Positions 48,935 to 59,064 of a DNA stretch of 59,669 nt are shown in pieces. Position numbers and translations under genes: made by a program. Position 1 is the first letter of the stretch. The number at the start of each line of letters is the position of its first letter. The DNA comes from a candidate division WOR-3 bacterium (GTDB lineage Bacteria; Hydrothermota; Tepidihabitantia; Tepidihabitantales; Tepidihabitantaceae): assembly GCA_965649205.1 (NCBI GenBank), contig CBFGJV010000017.1, positions 1 to 59,669 on the forward strand. Reading direction: 5' to 3'. The notes below the pieces were generated by a model that ran no database searches, had not been told where the DNA came from, and saw only the letters and a program-made list of their open reading frames with translations.

Positions 48935-49947
48935 TGCTGCTCCTTCTCAAAACCCGTGACGTCCATGCCGAAGGTCAACCCCATATCTTCAAGTACTTTC
49001 TTTATCTCTTCCAAAGACCTCCGACCGAAGTTTTCAATCTCCAGCATATCCTTCTCGGTCCGCTGCACCAACTCGCCCACAGTCTGTATAGAAATCCGTT
49101 CGCCCGTACGTTTAGAACGCCCCTTCTTCAGGCAGTTCAATGCTCGATTAGAAAGCTCCAGCTCTTCTATATCCTTGGCCAATATCTCCATCAACCGATC
49201 ACGGTCACGGTACAATTTTTCTTCCTCAATGAACTGCGGTTCTTTTTCCTGAGGCACCAGCACAGCCATATGATTCTTGAGGATAGTAGCCGCTTGAATA
49301 AGTGCCTCATCTGGCCGTACGGACCCATCTGTCCAAACCTCCAGAAGTACTTTTTCAAAGTCTGTACGGTCCAAAACTCGCATATTCTCTACCCAATAGT
49401 TTACTTTCTTTACCGGAGAGAAAAAAGCGTCAAGGAAAATCGTATCCGCAACCGCAGTCTGGTGGTTTTTCTTAAGTCTGTCGGCAGTCACGTAGCCGCG
49501 ACCATTTTCGACCACCATTTCCATATTCACCTGACGATTTTTGTCAGTAATGGTCAGGATCTTTTGATCCGGATTGGCGATAACGATCTCGGGCGGTACG
49601 GTAAGGTCCTTAGCGGTAAACTCTCGCTTTCCCTTTGCCGAAAGCGTACAGGTCTTGGGCGTTTCCGACCAAAGCCGCATCCTAAGCTTTTTGATATTCA
49701 AGATTATTTCCGGTACATCCTCTACAACATCGTCGATAGTCGAAAATTCGTGCGGTACCCCGTCGATGCGCACTTGAGTGACAGCCGCCCCCTGTACCGC
49801 CGAAAGCAATGCCCGACGTAAACTATTACCAATGGTAGCACCCCACCCTTTTTCAAGTGGAGCAATAATAAACTTGGTATAAGAGTCAGTTGCCGTCTCG
49901 GCTTCAAACTCCAGTTTTTCAGGAGAAATAAAACGCTTAAGCTTCAT
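48931..49947 (-). CDS. rpoA: RNA polymerase alpha subunit
   Basis: PLEKGWGATIGNSLRRALLS, HEFSTI..VVEDV, DAFFSPV, LSNRALNCL, NFGRRSLEEI. Confidence 0.97.
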   Translation of the reverse strand: MKLKRFISPEKLEFEAETATDSYTKFIIAPLEKGWGATIGNSLRRALLSAVQGAAVTQVRIDGVPHEFSTIDDVVEDVPEIILNIKKLRMRLWSETPKTCTLSAKGKREFTAKDLTVPPEIVIANPDQKILTITDKNRQVNMEMVVENGRGYVTADRLKKNHQTAVADTIFLDAFFSPVKKVNYWVENMRVLDRTDFEKVLLEVWTDGSVRPDEALIQAATILKNHMAVLVPQEKEPQFIEEEKLYRDRDRLMEILAKDIEELELSNRALNCLKKGRSKRTGERISIQTVGELVQRTEKDMLEIENFGRRSLEEIKKVLEDMGLTFGMDVTGFEKEQQ

Positions 49948-50561
49948 TTCGAGTATAGCTCCACAATCAGTTGTGTATTACACGGAATATCTTTCACGTC
50001 CTCCGGCGTGGGCTCACGCTCAACTCTACCCGTGACGGATACCGGGTCAACAGAGAGCCAAGGAGCCGCCGCAGAGTCCTTGTTAGCTAACAAAGGTTTC
50101 ACCATAGCAAGAGCTTTGGGGCCAGACACTCCTATCGTCTGCCCTGCCTTTACGGAATACGACGGAATATCTACCTTTTTGCCATCAACTGTTATGTGCC
50201 CATGTCGAACCAACTGCCTAGCTTGGGCTCGGGAATCGGCGAAACCCAATTTGAATACCACGTTGTCCAACCTCCGCTCTAGCAACATAACTAGAGCTGC
50301 GGCCGTATTCGCAAATTTGACAGCCTGCTGGTAGTAGTTATGAAACTGCCTCTCCAGCACTCCATACATCATACGCAGTTTCTGTTTTTCCCGCAGTTGA
50401 ATTGAATAAGCGGAAACTCGCCTTCGGCGGCCTTTCGCGTCTGACTCTTCACCTCGTTTCATCAGAACGCACTTGTCAGACAGGCACTTGGCTCCACGTA
50501 GATAGTATTTCTCCGCTGCCTTGCGGCATTTCTTGCAGACCGGACCGATGTGTCTTGCCAT
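49944..50561 (-). CDS. rpsD: 30S ribosomal protein S4 (Zn-binding, four-Cys form)
   Basis: CKKCR...C...C, QLREKQK, LERRLDNVV, ARQLVRHGH, IVELYSK. Confidence 0.97.
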   Translation of the reverse strand: MARHIGPVCKKCRKAAEKYYLRGAKCLSDKCVLMKRGEESDAKGRRRRVSAYSIQLREKQKLRMMYGVLERQFHNYYQQAVKFANTAAALVMLLERRLDNVVFKLGFADSRAQARQLVRHGHITVDGKKVDIPSYSVKAGQTIGVSGPKALAMVKPLLANKDSAAAPWLSVDPVSVTGRVEREPTPEDVKDIPCNTQLIVELYSK

Positions 50562-50613
50562 AAATCTATTTGGGAATTATAAAAAGCAAGTATTCCAAGT
50601 CAACAATCTCAGC

Positions 50614-50988
50614 TCACACCCGGCGCTGTTTAGGCGGACGGCAACCATTGTGCGGTATTGGCGTTATGTCCTTAATGGCTGTGATATCGAGGCCGGCATT
50701 CTGTAGCGACCGCACTGCCGCTTCCCGCCCTGGCCCCGGACCGGAAATTCTTACCTCTACCTTCCGTACCCCCAAGTTACTCGCCTCCTTAGCCGCGGCT
50801 TCGGCACAAACACCGGCAGCATAGGGCGTCCCTTTCTTAGAACCCTTGAATCCAACACGACCCGCTGACGACCAGCACACTACAGAACCGTCAGGCTCAG
50901 CTATAGTAACCATTGTGTTGTTGAAAGTCGTGTTTATGTATGCTATGCAATGTGCGGATATCCTGCGCTTCGTACCTCTTCTTGCCAT
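50614..50988 (-). CDS. rpsK: 30S ribosomal protein S11
   Basis: [45 protein letters not shown]. Confidence 0.97.
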   Translation of the reverse strand: MARRGTKRRISAHCIAYINTTFNNTMVTIAEPDGSVVCWSSAGRVGFKGSKKGTPYAAGVCAEAAAKEASNLGVRKVEVRISGPGPGREAAVRSLQNAGLDITAIKDITPIPHNGCRPPKQRRV

Positions 50989-51368
50989 TATTCTTCTGCC
51001 TTTCTGCGAATGACCCCCGAGGTTTTACGCGGCCCTTTTCTGGTCCTAGCATTAGTCCTTGTACGTTGACCGCGAACAGGCAACCCCGCTCTATGCCTAG
51101 CACCGCGGTAACTGCCGATCTCAATATAACGTTTGATATTAGCAGAAACCTCGGCTCGCAACTCGCCTTCCACCTTATAACCCGATTCTATTTCCTTACG
51201 TATGCGTGCAACCTCATCTTCGCTTAACTCGTTGACCCTTCGGTCGGGGTCGATCCCGGTGGCAGCTAAAATCCGCTTTGCCGAAAATAGCCCAATGCCG
51301 TAGATATGCGGCAAAGCATACAGAATTTTCTTGTTGTCGGGCAGGTCAACACCTGCAATACGCGCCAA
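50988..51368 (-). CDS. rpsM: 30S ribosomal protein S13
   Basis: [43 protein letters not shown] start with SD GGAGG. Confidence 0.97.
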   Translation of the reverse strand: MARIAGVDLPDNKKILYALPHIYGIGLFSAKRILAATGIDPDRRVNELSEDEVARIRKEIESGYKVEGELRAEVSANIKRYIEIGSYRGARHRAGLPVRGQRTRTNARTRKGPRKTSGVIRRKAEE

Positions 51369-51434
51369 TTATCCTCCTGCAATAGTCATTAAGCTTTTAT
51401 ATCTTGTATCTCGTATCTCTTACAACGGTGTATA

Positions 51435-51462
51435 TATATACTTGAATCCGGCGCAAAGTCAA
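51435..51462 (-). promoter_or_regulatory. Candidate promoter of the alpha operon
   Basis: Minus strand TTGACT-N16-TATATA within a TA tract. Confidence 0.45.
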
Positions 51463-51636
51463 GTAAACGCTGTATAACCTCTGTACACCATAATCCCACC
51501 TTCTTCGTTCTGTCCCATACAGGTTACACCCTGATTATCTTCAAACGCAACTAAGCAATCTTGTACGTATGCGGACTGCATTTTGGTAGGCAAGATGGTA
51601 AATTGACTAAGCAAAGATGAATGCGTAAATTTGGAT

Positions 51637-52878
51637 ATGCGCCGCACGTTGGTTTTGTACGCCATCGTAATCACCATAGCCACAGCTGGCTATGACCCAT
51701 TGTCAGTTTGCAGCGATTGGCTGATACAGACATACAAGCTGTTCATCTCGCCTCTACAAGGAGGAAACATTTGTAATTTCTGGCCCACCTGCTCACAGTT
51801 TACCCGCGAAGCTATTCGCACGCGTGGTTTCTGGGAAGGTGTACTAATCGGCGCAGACCGGCTGATGCGCTGTCACCCAGGCGCCTGGCTATATCTCGAT
51901 CGCTATTACTTCGGCATCAGTCACGACCGCCTTATAGACCCGGTCTGCAACCATGTCCTCTCATATACAAACCCAGTAGGACCGGATAGTCACACCATAA
52001 TTGCGATTAGTAACCAACAAATGGCCGCCCAGGCAACTACAAGAAAAGAACGCGGATTCGCCGAGTTTCTTTATGGTCAAGGAGATTACTCCCGTGCCGG
52101 CAGTGAATTCCTACGTTTGGCATATGCTGAAGTTCAGCCCAAAACACGTTGCTACTACCTTTTAATGGCTGGTGAGGCCCTTCTATGTTCCTACGACTAC
52201 AATCGGGCTCGTAGTGCATTTTCTCTTGTGCCTGACTCTGTAGCACACAAAAAATATGGCATCGCTCGTGTTTGGTTCGGTCGGGCACTTTTCGATTCGG
52301 CTCGGACTGAGCTTGTTCGGATTCAGCATCCTAACCTACGCTCACAAGCAAGAATACTCATCGGCTGGTCTCTATTCAAAGAATACAAATTCAAAGAAGG
52401 TTCCCGAGTATTCCACAACATGCAGGTTAAACCTGATAGTTTTGCAGCAGAGCTGGTTCAAGCAACATTGCCTCTGAGTTCCTTTGACGGGACCGGCCTA
52501 GTCCGGCGGAATCGCTTGGCCGGTACGCTTCTATCCGCATTTCTTCCTGGAGCCGGGCAGATATATGCAGGCAAAACATACGATGGGGCATATTCTTTTC
52601 TTACAGTGACCAGTACTGGTCTGGCCACTTGGTGGTATGCCACGCATCCTAGCCATGACCGGACACGTGTCAAACTTTATATATCCTCGATCTTAACCGT
52701 TCTTTTCTACGCCGGCAATGTCTACGGTGCCAACGTTGCCGTACGAGACTATAATAGTCTTCAAGAAAGAAACTACCTGGCCAAAGCTGAAAGAATCCTG
52801 GAAAGCCTCGACCTTGCTCCAGATTACTCAGAATTTTTGCTCCCAGGTGCAGACTCATCTTACACCGAATCACATTGA
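51637..52878 (+). CDS. yidD: YidD-like domain fused to TPR-like helices and a C-terminal membrane domain
   Basis: YKLFISPLQG..CNFWPTCSQFTREAI...G...GADRLMRCHP (YidD Cys pattern), then helical repeats and LLSAFLPGAGQIYAGK. Promoter TTGACT-N17-TAAATT lies 5 nt before ATG 51637. Confidence 0.75.
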   Translation: MRRTLVLYAIVITIATAGYDPLSVCSDWLIQTYKLFISPLQGGNICNFWPTCSQFTREAIRTRGFWEGVLIGADRLMRCHPGAWLYLDRYYFGISHDRLIDPVCNHVLSYTNPVGPDSHTIIAISNQQMAAQATTRKERGFAEFLYGQGDYSRAGSEFLRLAYAEVQPKTRCYYLLMAGEALLCSYDYNRARSAFSLVPDSVAHKKYGIARVWFGRALFDSARTELVRIQHPNLRSQARILIGWSLFKEYKFKEGSRVFHNMQVKPDSFAAELVQATLPLSSFDGTGLVRRNRLAGTLLSAFLPGAGQIYAGKTYDGAYSFLTVTSTGLATWWYATHPSHDRTRVKLYISSILTVLFYAGNVYGANVAVRDYNSLQERNYLAKAERILESLDLAPDYSEFLLPGADSSYTESH

Positions 52879-53705
52879 CTACCCTACTGCTTCTAGTTAT
52901 TGCCTGTCCGCTTGCCGACTCACTTTTCTCTCATGGCTTTTTCGCCGAAGCAGCGACTGAATATCAACGTTATCTTTGGCAAAACTCTGACAGTGACATT
53001 CTAACTCATATTAAACTGGGTCTGAGCCTCGCCGCGGCCGGCGAGACGAACGCCGCCCGAATACAACTAGTTCCAATAATGGAAGGACATCAAGAATTGA
53101 ATAGAGCAATCAGAAAGGCCTTCGCCGGGTTCCACGCGCAAAGACAGGAATACGAGCTAGCCCGGCGCGAACTCCTGGATTTAGGTTTGTTACTGAAGGA
53201 TTCTGTCCTGGTTTCGGAATTGTATACGGAGCTTGCCTGGTTGGAATTGTTGGCGGAAAACGAAGCTGCAGCGGCTGACTACCTGAACAAAGCCGGCCGC
53301 CATGACATTGCTGCAGCCGTAACCTCATCCTGCCCCCGCAAGAACTGTCGTCCTGCCTTGGCGGTTCTTCTGTCCACGTTCCTGCCCGGTTCGGGAGAAA
53401 TCTACGCCGGACAACCTCTGGTCGGGATAGTCAGCTTTCTCATTACCGGCAGCTCAGGCCTCGTTTCCTATCTTGCAGCCAAGTCCGGAGATTGGGTCAG
53501 TGCGTCTTTCGTGTTTTCGTTCTTATTTCTTAGATTCTACTCCGGCTGTAGACACAACGCTGCCGACTTTTGCCTTGAACGCCAACGAATACTTACTCGT
53601 AAACATCTGAACTCAATCAGACAAAATTACTTCTTGGAACCCGATTGGTTCGCGGCAGCAGAAAGCCTAATCGGGTTCAAACTTCCCTGCTCAACGCGGC
53701 GCTGA
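52875..53705 (+). CDS. TPR-like membrane protein, paralogue of the C-terminal part of the upstream fusion
   Basis: ADSLF..GFFAEAATEYQR TPR-like start and LLSTFLPGSGEIYAGQ shared with the upstream gene; 4-nt overlap. Confidence 0.7.
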   Translation: MTTLLLLVIACPLADSLFSHGFFAEAATEYQRYLWQNSDSDILTHIKLGLSLAAAGETNAARIQLVPIMEGHQELNRAIRKAFAGFHAQRQEYELARRELLDLGLLLKDSVLVSELYTELAWLELLAENEAAAADYLNKAGRHDIAAAVTSSCPRKNCRPALAVLLSTFLPGSGEIYAGQPLVGIVSFLITGSSGLVSYLAAKSGDWVSASFVFSFLFLRFYSGCRHNAADFCLERQRILTRKHLNSIRQNYFLEPDWFAAAESLIGFKLPCSTRR

Positions 53706-54236
53706 ACATAATCTTATCTAATTCTTGGGCCAGTTTACTGCGCACTTTTTCTAGAATCCGATCAACCGAAAAATCCAAGACAGTCTTTCCTCGTACGATG
53801 ACTACTCCTCCTGCTATATCAGCAGGCTCGCCCACCTTGACTCCCGAATCAAAATGAAACCTGACGGCATCCTTCTTCGAAAGCGTTACCACGCTTTCCT
53901 TGTCTGCAAAACGTTTCACCACAGACAGCACCAGCTCGGGATAGTCTTTGTCTGCGACAAATCTTTCTACGGCCTGCACCAGAACCCGATCGATCATTCT
54001 CCACTTGGCCGCAAGGAGCATGTTACGTTGTTCTAGGCGCGCTCTGCTCCGAGCTCGTTCCAGTATGAGCGCCGTTTCCCTTTCGATCAACAGCTGATAC
54101 TCTCTTTCCAGTTTTGCTATTTGGTCTGCAAGAGCCTGCTCTATCCTACGGAGCTCAATCACCTTGTTTGCTTCTATATCCTGCAGACTTGCCTGAGCGT
54201 CTGCGCGGACTTTATCCAGAAGTTTGCTTTTTGCCA

Positions 54237-54237
<1 letters not shown>
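53677..54237 (-). CDS. ntpE: V/A-type ATP synthase subunit E
   Basis: Charged coiled coil, then IAGGVVI...LDFSVDRIL; synteny with K and I. Confidence 0.85.
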
Positions 54238-54776
<539 letters not shown>

Positions 54777-54810
54777 TTATTCATATACGAACAAAGTATC
54801 AGAGCTAAGC

Positions 54811-57033
54811 TTATGACGACAACGAAACATATTGATGACGTTCCCGTAAGGGGGTAAACGGTTCGCCGCCGCCCGTATAGAACCTGGGGAAAAATTCTAC
54901 GTAGTTCAAACGCAGAGTATGGACGAAAGCCCCCAGTACGTTCACCGCTATGTTGTACGCATGACCAAAACTTAACGCTATCACACCCAGCAACACTCCC
55001 AGCGCCGGGATCGGCAACACCATCCAGGCTATCGTATTTATAGCCATAGCGATACCACCAGTGACCATACCCAGCGCCATAATTCGAATGTAGGAGAGTA
55101 CCACACCTATATAAGAAGTCGCACCATAAAGTGCATAAGCACCCCAGAGAAACTTCTTGACCAGGCCGCGATTAGCCGGCGCACTAAACAAGAACGGCAA
55201 ACACAGCATTCCTGCGATCAACTCTGGAATAACTCCAAACAAAGCTAACCCCAAACCAATCATACCGACGATTCCAAAAGCTACGGCGGCTATCTTGAAT
55301 CTCCTACGTCTAAACAAATCAACTGCCGCATAGACCAGCATCACGAAAAGTACAGCTAACACCATCCAGCGTATTTGTGTAACCGTAACCGGTAAGGCGC
55401 CCAGTTTCGCGGTTAGGAGAACTAGAACAGAAGAAACTAACGCAAACCAGAGCCACTGAGCCCGGATGTTCTCCGTTGCTCGTCTAGTGAAAACCAGGAT
55501 AGCTGCAACCGCCAAGAGTATCGCTACCAGCAGTGCGGCCGAAATCCAAACAGACAACATTCTGCCCAGGGCCAGACGAGCCAGAAAACCGTTTAGCATC
55601 ACAAACCACGGCAAATGACCCAGTAGCGCGTCTCCGTACTGACGAATCCTGATACAGTCAAATATTTCAATGAGTATGCCGAAAATCAGATGCAAATACC
55701 CGAACCCAATCGAAAGCACAAAAAACGGCATCGGATTCTGTAAAGGGTCGAATAACATCAGCTTATTTTTCAACGTCACTACCGCAGGAATCGCGAGCCG
55801 GTCCGGAAGGTCTCCAAACCAACCACCCACAACTGCTCCCGCTATCACAGTAACGACACCACTGATAAATATCATGCCCAGAAGCTTATTGTCCCGACCA
55901 AGCTTACGCATCAGTAGCCAAGCCAGAACAGCCACCACAATTCCGTACCCTGCGTCTGTCAGACAAAAGGCGAAGAACAGGGCGAAAAAAGGCGCCAACA
56001 AAACAGTAGGGTCAATTTCTCGAGGGGAGGGAAGACTGAACATCTCCAGTACCAGCTCAAAGGGTCGAAACGGCCTACTGTTAGCCAGAGCCACGGGGGG
56101 TTCTTCTCCCGGATCGGGCTCTATGGAGCAAGACGCCGCATGGCCATTCTTTTCAACCACCTCCTCCAACCGTTTCAGATCCCGTTCCTTCACCCAACCA
56201 GTTATCACCGCAACCGTCTTGGTCTTACCAAAACCAGAAACCGCTGCCTCCCGTGCTCTCTCGGTCAGGAGTGCATCTGCGGCAACCTTCATCGGTGCAG
56301 AATCCTCACCCAAAGCCGCTATCTGTTCCTCAATTCTTCTGCTTTCCTTATTCAGACGCTGTATCTCTTCATCTAGCCTGTGCAGCACACGAGCAGGTAT
56401 CTCCCGAACAGAGCGCAAATCTACAGACTCAAAACGTGCGGATGCAAGCGCCGCTGTCACTTCCGAATCGCAATCTCTTGTGGCAATCAACACTGCACTG
56501 ATCCCAAATTCACCTGCTTCAACTAATTCTATCGCAACCGGTAAGCTAAGGAGCTCTTCTCGTACACGCTCCAGCTCAGTTTGATCTGAAAATAAACCCA
56601 AGATTACAGTTAGGTCTGGCAGCTGGTACAAGTCTGCTGGACTGTGACGCAGTTCCTTCCACGGCCGCAGCCGTTTCTGCTCTAACTCAGTATTCTTTCT
56701 CCGGTTATCCAGCTCTGCCAGTCTGCGATTCAGCTCTGCCAAAAGCTCTGCCTGTTTCTCTCCCTCTTTCTGCCTTGCTAACCGTTCAAATTCCTGTCTC
56801 GATAGTGCCAGTTTGGAACCAAACAAACTCTTCCTTTTCTTGACGGCATCCAGTTGTTCTATCGCTTCCACTAACCGCGCAAGCCTCCGGTCCAGTTCGG
56901 CCAGCCAGGTGTTATCACCTCCCTCCGTGGAAACCACGTGCAGTAAACCTTCGCGCTGCAGATCACAAACCAACTGATCTCGTACACTCTCGTGTACCGC
57001 GATCAAGACCTTAGTCACTCTTTCAACAGCCAT
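54811..57033 (-). CDS. ntpI: V/A-type ATP synthase subunit I
   Basis: ITGWV, PPVAL.N, EIDPT, DAGYG, LSYIRIMALGM, GHAYN, FVHTLRLNYVEFFPRFYTGGG.PF.P. Start moved to ATG 57033 (SD GAAGGA). Confidence 0.93.
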   Translation of the reverse strand: MAVERVTKVLIAVHESVRDQLVCDLQREGLLHVVSTEGGDNTWLAELDRRLARLVEAIEQLDAVKKRKSLFGSKLALSRQEFERLARQKEGEKQAELLAELNRRLAELDNRRKNTELEQKRLRPWKELRHSPADLYQLPDLTVILGLFSDQTELERVREELLSLPVAIELVEAGEFGISAVLIATRDCDSEVTAALASARFESVDLRSVREIPARVLHRLDEEIQRLNKESRRIEEQIAALGEDSAPMKVAADALLTERAREAAVSGFGKTKTVAVITGWVKERDLKRLEEVVEKNGHAASCSIEPDPGEEPPVALANSRPFRPFELVLEMFSLPSPREIDPTVLLAPFFALFFAFCLTDAGYGIVVAVLAWLLMRKLGRDNKLLGMIFISGVVTVIAGAVVGGWFGDLPDRLAIPAVVTLKNKLMLFDPLQNPMPFFVLSIGFGYLHLIFGILIEIFDCIRIRQYGDALLGHLPWFVMLNGFLARLALGRMLSVWISAALLVAILLAVAAILVFTRRATENIRAQWLWFALVSSVLVLLTAKLGALPVTVTQIRWMVLAVLFVMLVYAAVDLFRRRRFKIAAVAFGIVGMIGLGLALFGVIPELIAGMLCLPFLFSAPANRGLVKKFLWGAYALYGATSYIGVVLSYIRIMALGMVTGGIAMAINTIAWMVLPIPALGVLLGVIALSFGHAYNIAVNVLGAFVHTLRLNYVEFFPRFYTGGGEPFTPLRERHQYVSLSS

Positions 57034-57353
57034 TGTTCCTTCAACACCGCCAAGGCATGCATAACCGCTTCTGTCCACCGGGCTTGGCAGGACTTTTCTA
57101 ATTTCTGAACTAGCTTCTCTGTCTCCAACCGTGCCTGTTCTTCCAATTTTCTGGCTTCCTCTGCTGCCTTAGTCCTGGCCTCCTCTTTTCTTCGCTCCAA
57201 ATCAACTCTTACTTGACTCACTCTCACCCGACTCTCTTCTTCAGCTTTCTCTATCGCCATTCTGCTGGAACGCCTTGCAGACTCCAGTTCAGCTGCTAGC
57301 TGCTCTTCCAGGGCTTTTATTTCGGCTATGAGGTCATGACTCTCTATATTCAT
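57015..57353 (-). CDS. V/A-type ATP synthase subunit G/H (peripheral stalk)
   Basis: Highly charged coiled coil directly upstream of subunit I; promoter TTGACA-N16-TAGCAT at 57393-57366. Confidence 0.7.
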   Translation of the reverse strand: MNIESHDLIAEIKALEEQLAAELESARRSSRMAIEKAEEESRVRVSQVRVDLERRKEEARTKAAEEARKLEEQARLETEKLVQKLEKSCQARWTEAVMHALAVLKEQWLLKE

Positions 57354-57507
57354 ACGAGGGCAAGAATGCTACTATGGCATGTAGTCATGTCAAATGCGGC
57401 TTTTCGTCGAACGGCATTCCAGTGGCTTAAACACTGAATAACCGTCTCACCGTTTACCCCAAGACCAATCGCCCGCAGTAATCTGTGCCTGCCAGAACAA
57501 GTGAACG

Positions 57508-58995
57508 TCATTCCTGAGGTTCAACCGCCAAATACAGCTTAACACCGCCCCGTTGAACCCTCAGTAGAACTGCCTCTCCCCGTTTCAAAGTCTTAAGCAC
57601 CTTTAAGAAGTCACCCGCATCGGCAATCCGTTTGTCGCCCACCTCCAGTATTATATCCCCCTTCTGCACACCCGCTTCCGCCGCTGCACTACCGACTTCA
57701 ACGGCTTCCACCAGGACTCCGCCGTCAACGCCAGCCTCACGACGCTCCGCCTCAGTCAAATTCCGCACCTCTAGACCCAACTTCACATCCTCAGTCTCCG
57801 GTTGTACCACCGCTTGTTGCTCTTCTGGCATTTCGGTCAAAGTAACTTTCTTAGTCAATATTTTCCCATCTCGGACCAAAGTCAATGTTATAGTAGTACC
57901 CGGAGAAAAATCAGCTATTATGCGGCGAAACCGTTCTACGTTCTCAATCTCCTCACCGTTTACTTTCAAGATAACATCTCCGGCCATAATGCCGGCTCGC
58001 TCTGCCGGCTGATTCTTTATCACCTCGCTTACCAACACTCCCTTGGTACTTTCCAGACGCTTGGCCTTGCGGATCGATTCGGTGATAGGCTGAGGCCTAA
58101 TACCAAGAAATCCTCTGATCACCTTACCGTGCGCTTTCAGCTGTTCAGTAACATTCTTAACCATATCCACCGGCACGGCGAAACCAATACCCACATTTGC
58201 CCCAACTGGTGAACGTATGGCACTATTTATGCCAATGAGTTCACCGCGAATGTTAACTAGTGGCCCACCCGAATTACCGGGATTGATAGAAGCATCCGTC
58301 TGAATGAAATCCTGATAACTGGGCCCTTCAGGTAACGGTATACCTGAACGACCTTTGGCGGAGATAACACCCACTGTGACTGTACTCTGCAACCCGAAAG
58401 CGCTGCCTATCGCTATCGCCCAATCACCGACCTTTATGTCCTCCACCCGGCCAAACGCAATAGCAGGCAGCGGCTTGTCAGATTCCACCTTTATCAGAGC
58501 CAAATCAGTCTTTTCATCCCTACCTATCACTTTCACATGCTTACCTGAAAACTCGGTGCCATCTGACAGCCTCACCACAATGCGATCAAAACCCGCAACT
58601 ACGTGATTGTTGGTAACGATATACCCCTTGGGATCCACAATCACACCCGAACCGAGAGCATTCCGCTGCTGCTCCAGCGGTAACTCGGGAAAATCCGGGA
58701 AAAAACGACGGAAAAATTCCTCCAGCTGCCCCCCAGAACCCGGTTGCCGGGACGATACCTTGACCGTTTTTTCGGCAGAAATATAGACTACGGTCGGAAT
58801 CACAGCTTCTGCCACAGCTACAAAAGGACTCTCCCCCGCCTGAGCATTGACGACTGTAGCGGAACTACCGGACAAGGCGAGAGCAGGCCTTGAACTACAG
58901 TTGAGTACGTTGCCCAAAACCATACCCAAAACAAAAGCAACAAGCACGGCCGGAGCCAACACCGCACCTAACAGGGTTATGCTTATTTTTTTCAC
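57508..58995 (-). CDS. degP: HtrA/DegP (Do) serine protease with two PDZ domains
   Basis: GSGVI, TNNHVV, DLALIK, QTDASINPGNSGGPL, two PDZ domains. Start moved to GTG 58995 (SD GAGGAGG). Confidence 0.93.
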   Translation of the reverse strand: MKKISITLLGAVLAPAVLVAFVLGMVLGNVLNCSSRPALALSGSSATVVNAQAGESPFVAVAEAVIPTVVYISAEKTVKVSSRQPGSGGQLEEFFRRFFPDFPELPLEQQRNALGSGVIVDPKGYIVTNNHVVAGFDRIVVRLSDGTEFSGKHVKVIGRDEKTDLALIKVESDKPLPAIAFGRVEDIKVGDWAIAIGSAFGLQSTVTVGVISAKGRSGIPLPEGPSYQDFIQTDASINPGNSGGPLVNIRGELIGINSAIRSPVGANVGIGFAVPVDMVKNVTEQLKAHGKVIRGFLGIRPQPITESIRKAKRLESTKGVLVSEVIKNQPAERAGIMAGDVILKVNGEEIENVERFRRIIADFSPGTTITLTLVRDGKILTKKVTLTEMPEEQQAVVQPETEDVKLGLEVRNLTEAERREAGVDGGVLVEAVEVGSAAAEAGVQKGDIILEVGDKRIADAGDFLKVLKTLKRGEAVLLRVQRGGVKLYLAVEPQE

Positions 58996-59064
58996 GAAAA
59001 ACCTCCTCTCAGTATAAATAGACCTCGACAAAGGTCCTCGAGGTTCAAGCCATTACCGCATCAT

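Noticed and set aside
48089..49252. 387-aa plus-strand ORF
   Set aside because: Antisense to panD, rplQ and rpoA; no motifs or SD.
55670..56584. 304-aa plus-strand ORF
   Set aside because: Antisense shadow of ATPase subunit I with Ser/Thr/Ala-rich composition.
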